DNA of 64,000 nucleotides, from assembly GCF_009914755.1 (NCBI RefSeq), contig NC_060926.1; one strand, 5' to 3'. The stretch comes from the human T2T-CHM13v2.0 reference genome, Homo sapiens. The translations under genes and the position numbers were made by a program. This document shows, piece by piece, positions 61,560-64,000 of this stretch. A model generated the notes under the pieces. That model ran no database searches. It was not told where the DNA came from and worked only from the letters and a program-made list of their open reading frames with translations. Every line of letters starts with the position of its first letter. The stretch's first letter is position 1.

Positions 61560-63850
61560 GTGTTTTGATATAAGTAAACCTTGTGTCATGAGTCTTACAA
61601 TCAAGCTAATTAATGTATTTGTTACCTGACATAGTTACCTTTTTTGTGTGATGACACTTAAGATCGCCTTTAGGCAAATTTCAACTGTAAAATACTGTAT
61701 GTTATTAACTGTGGTTACTATGCTATAGCTTAGATCACTAGTACTTATTCATCTTATAACTGGAAACTTGTATACATTGATCAACAGCTCTCCAATTCCT
61801 CCATTTCCCAATACCTGGCAACTGCCGTGCTACTTATTTATCAGGTTCTATTTTAGATCCCCATATATGAGTACATTGTTTTCCTTATCTTTGATTTTCA
61901 GTGGTTTGTGCCTAAGTGTGGTTTTCTTTATATTTATTCTGCTTGGGTGTTCTTGAGCCTCTTAAATCTCTAAATTTCTGTCTTTCACTAAATTGGGAAA
62001 ATTTTTAGCTACTATTCCTTTTTATTTGTTTGTTTCTGAGACTGAGTCTTGCTCTGTTGCCCAGGCTGGAGTGCAGTGGCGCAGCCTTGGCCCACTGCAA
62101 CCTCTGTCTCCCAGGTTCAGCAATTCTTGTGCCTCAGCTTCCTGAGTAGCTGGGATTACAGGCTTACACCACCATGCTCTGCTAATTGTCTTTTTTTTTT
62201 TTTTTTTGAGACGGAGTCTCGCTCCGTTGCTGGGCTAGAGTGCAGTAGCGCGATCTCGGCTCACTGAAACCTCTGCCTCCTGGGTTAAAGCAATTCTCCT
62301 GCCTCAGCCTCCCATAATTTATTTTTAGTAGAGATGGAGTCTCGCCGTGTGGGCCATGCTGGTCTTGAACTCCTGGCCTCAAGTGATCTACCCACTTCGG
62401 CCTCCCTAAGTGCTGGGATTACAGGCGTGAGCCACCCCGTCTGGCCTGTCACTATTTCTTTTTAAAAATATTTTTACTACACTCTCTTCTCCTTCTGGGA
62501 CCTAAGTGTGTCACTTTTTTTTTTTTTGAGACAGAGTCTTACTCTGTTGCCAAGGCTGGAGTGCAGTGGTTTGATCTCAGCTCACTGCAAGTTCTGCCTC
62601 CTGGGTTCATGCCATTCTCCCGCCTCAGCCTCCTGAGTAGCTGGGACCACAGGTGCCTGGCACTGCGCCCGGCTAATTTTATTATTGTGTTTTTAGTAGA
62701 GACGGGGTTTCTCCTTGTTAGCCAGGATGGTCTCGATCTCCTGACCTCGTGATCCGCCCACCTCGGCCTCCCAGAGTGCTGGGATTACAGGTGTGAGCCA
62801 CTGCACCTGGCCACGTGTATCACCTTTTTGATATTGTCCTTGATGAGTCCCTGAAGCTCTTTCCTTTTTCCTTGTTTTCTTTCCCCCCAATTTCAGAATG
62901 AATAATTTCTACTGCTTGGCCTTTATTTTCATTTATCTGGTGATATTTCCTTTATTATCAATTACAGGTCTATGTTAATACTCATTGTTGATTGGAAGTC
63001 TTTATCTTATAATTCCAGCATTTGGGTCATGTTAGAATTGCCTTCTGTTGAGTGTCTTCTCCCAGGAGAATGGGTTATGTTTTCCTGGTTCTTCCTATGT
63101 GAAGTAATTTTGGTTTGTATGAATATAACACTCTTGTTTATTCGTTCTCTTGTTAAACATTTGTTTTTCTTCCAGTTTTGGGTCTTTATGAACTATTCTG
63201 TTGTGAACATACATGTACACAATTGTGTGGACAACTGTTTTTATTTTTCTTGTTTCTAGTAGATTCTAACTAGAGGTAGAATTCCTGGGTCAGATGGTAA
63301 GTGATAGTTAAATTGTTTTCGTAAGTGGCTGCATCATTTTGCATTCTAACTAGTAATGTTTTTTATTTTGTTGTTGTTGTTATACAACCCTCCCTCCAAC
63401 TAGTAATGTTTGAAAGCACCTCAGTGCACTTTTAATTTGCATTTTAAAAATCCCATGGAGTTGAGTCTCTTTTCATTTAATAACCATTTCTGTTGTTCTG
63501 GGAATGGTTAGTGTCTTTTTGCCTTTCCTTCTTTTGTTTCCTCCCTTCCTGTCCTTCCCTCCCTTGTCATTAACATCTAGGTACCCTTTATATGTTAAAG
63601 AGATTATATCTGTCTAGATAATTTGTGTAGATAATTTTTCTCTGTTACTCATTTTTCTTTTGGCTACTTTGGGTGTGTTTTTGTAAAGAAGTTTTTAATT
63701 TTTACATAGTTGAAATAACCTTTTATAGTGTATGGGTTTTAAGTTATAGTTAGAAAGTCTCCTGCACTCCAGGGTTATAAACTATATCACATTTTCTTTT
63801 AAACTTTATATTTGATACATTTAGATTTATCCTGCTTTAACATGTGCGAT
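61560..63850 (-). mobile_element. Cluster of old antisense L1 fragments with nested Alus (62018-62447 composite; AluY 62515-62812)
   Basis: T-rich L1M-like sequence interleaved with Alu consensus. Confidence 0.75.
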
Positions 63851-63884
63851 AGGTATCCAGTATTATTTTCTTGGTGGTAACTGC

Positions 63885-64000
63885 TGAGGCTGGCAGGTCA
63901 CGAGGTCAGGAGTTCAAGGCCAGCCTGGCCAACATGGTGAAACCCTGTCTCTACTAAAAATACAAAAATTAGCTGGGCATGGTGGTGGATGCCTGTAGTC
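63885..64000 (+). mobile_element. AluS fragment (runs off window)
   Basis: GAGGTCAGGAGTTCAAG...AATTAGCTGGGC. Confidence 0.9.

Overview
This is primate, almost certainly human, genomic DNA and is dense in Alu and other interspersed repeats. The only protein-coding sequence I can support is exon 1 of ACTR3 (Arp3 of the Arp2/3 complex). It starts at ATG 48936, encodes MAGRLPACVVDCGTG, and is followed by a GTAAG donor. It lies in a CpG-island promoter (about 48.25-49.42 kb) with NRF1, YY1, ETS and GC-box motifs. Bases 48980-64000 are intron 1; exon 2 is not in the window. The 48 kb upstream is repeat-rich: about 40 Alus across the window, MaLR LTRs, an LTR22/HML-5 solo LTR, hAT and Tigger DNA transposon fossils, L1/L2/MIR remnants and a retroposed U13 snoRNA copy. 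The other ORFs in the supplied track are repeat-derived or GC-rich artefacts. I found no new multi-gene system. The best leads are a near-adjacent inverted Alu pair sharing private mutations, a trimeric AluJ interrupted by an ERVK LTR, an AluS/AluY chimera without a TSD, a tiny orphan poly(A) insertion, splice-site structures suggesting an antisense lncRNA, and regulatory features around the ACTR3 start codon. Repeat subfamily names come from my recollection of consensus sequences, and their boundaries are approximate.
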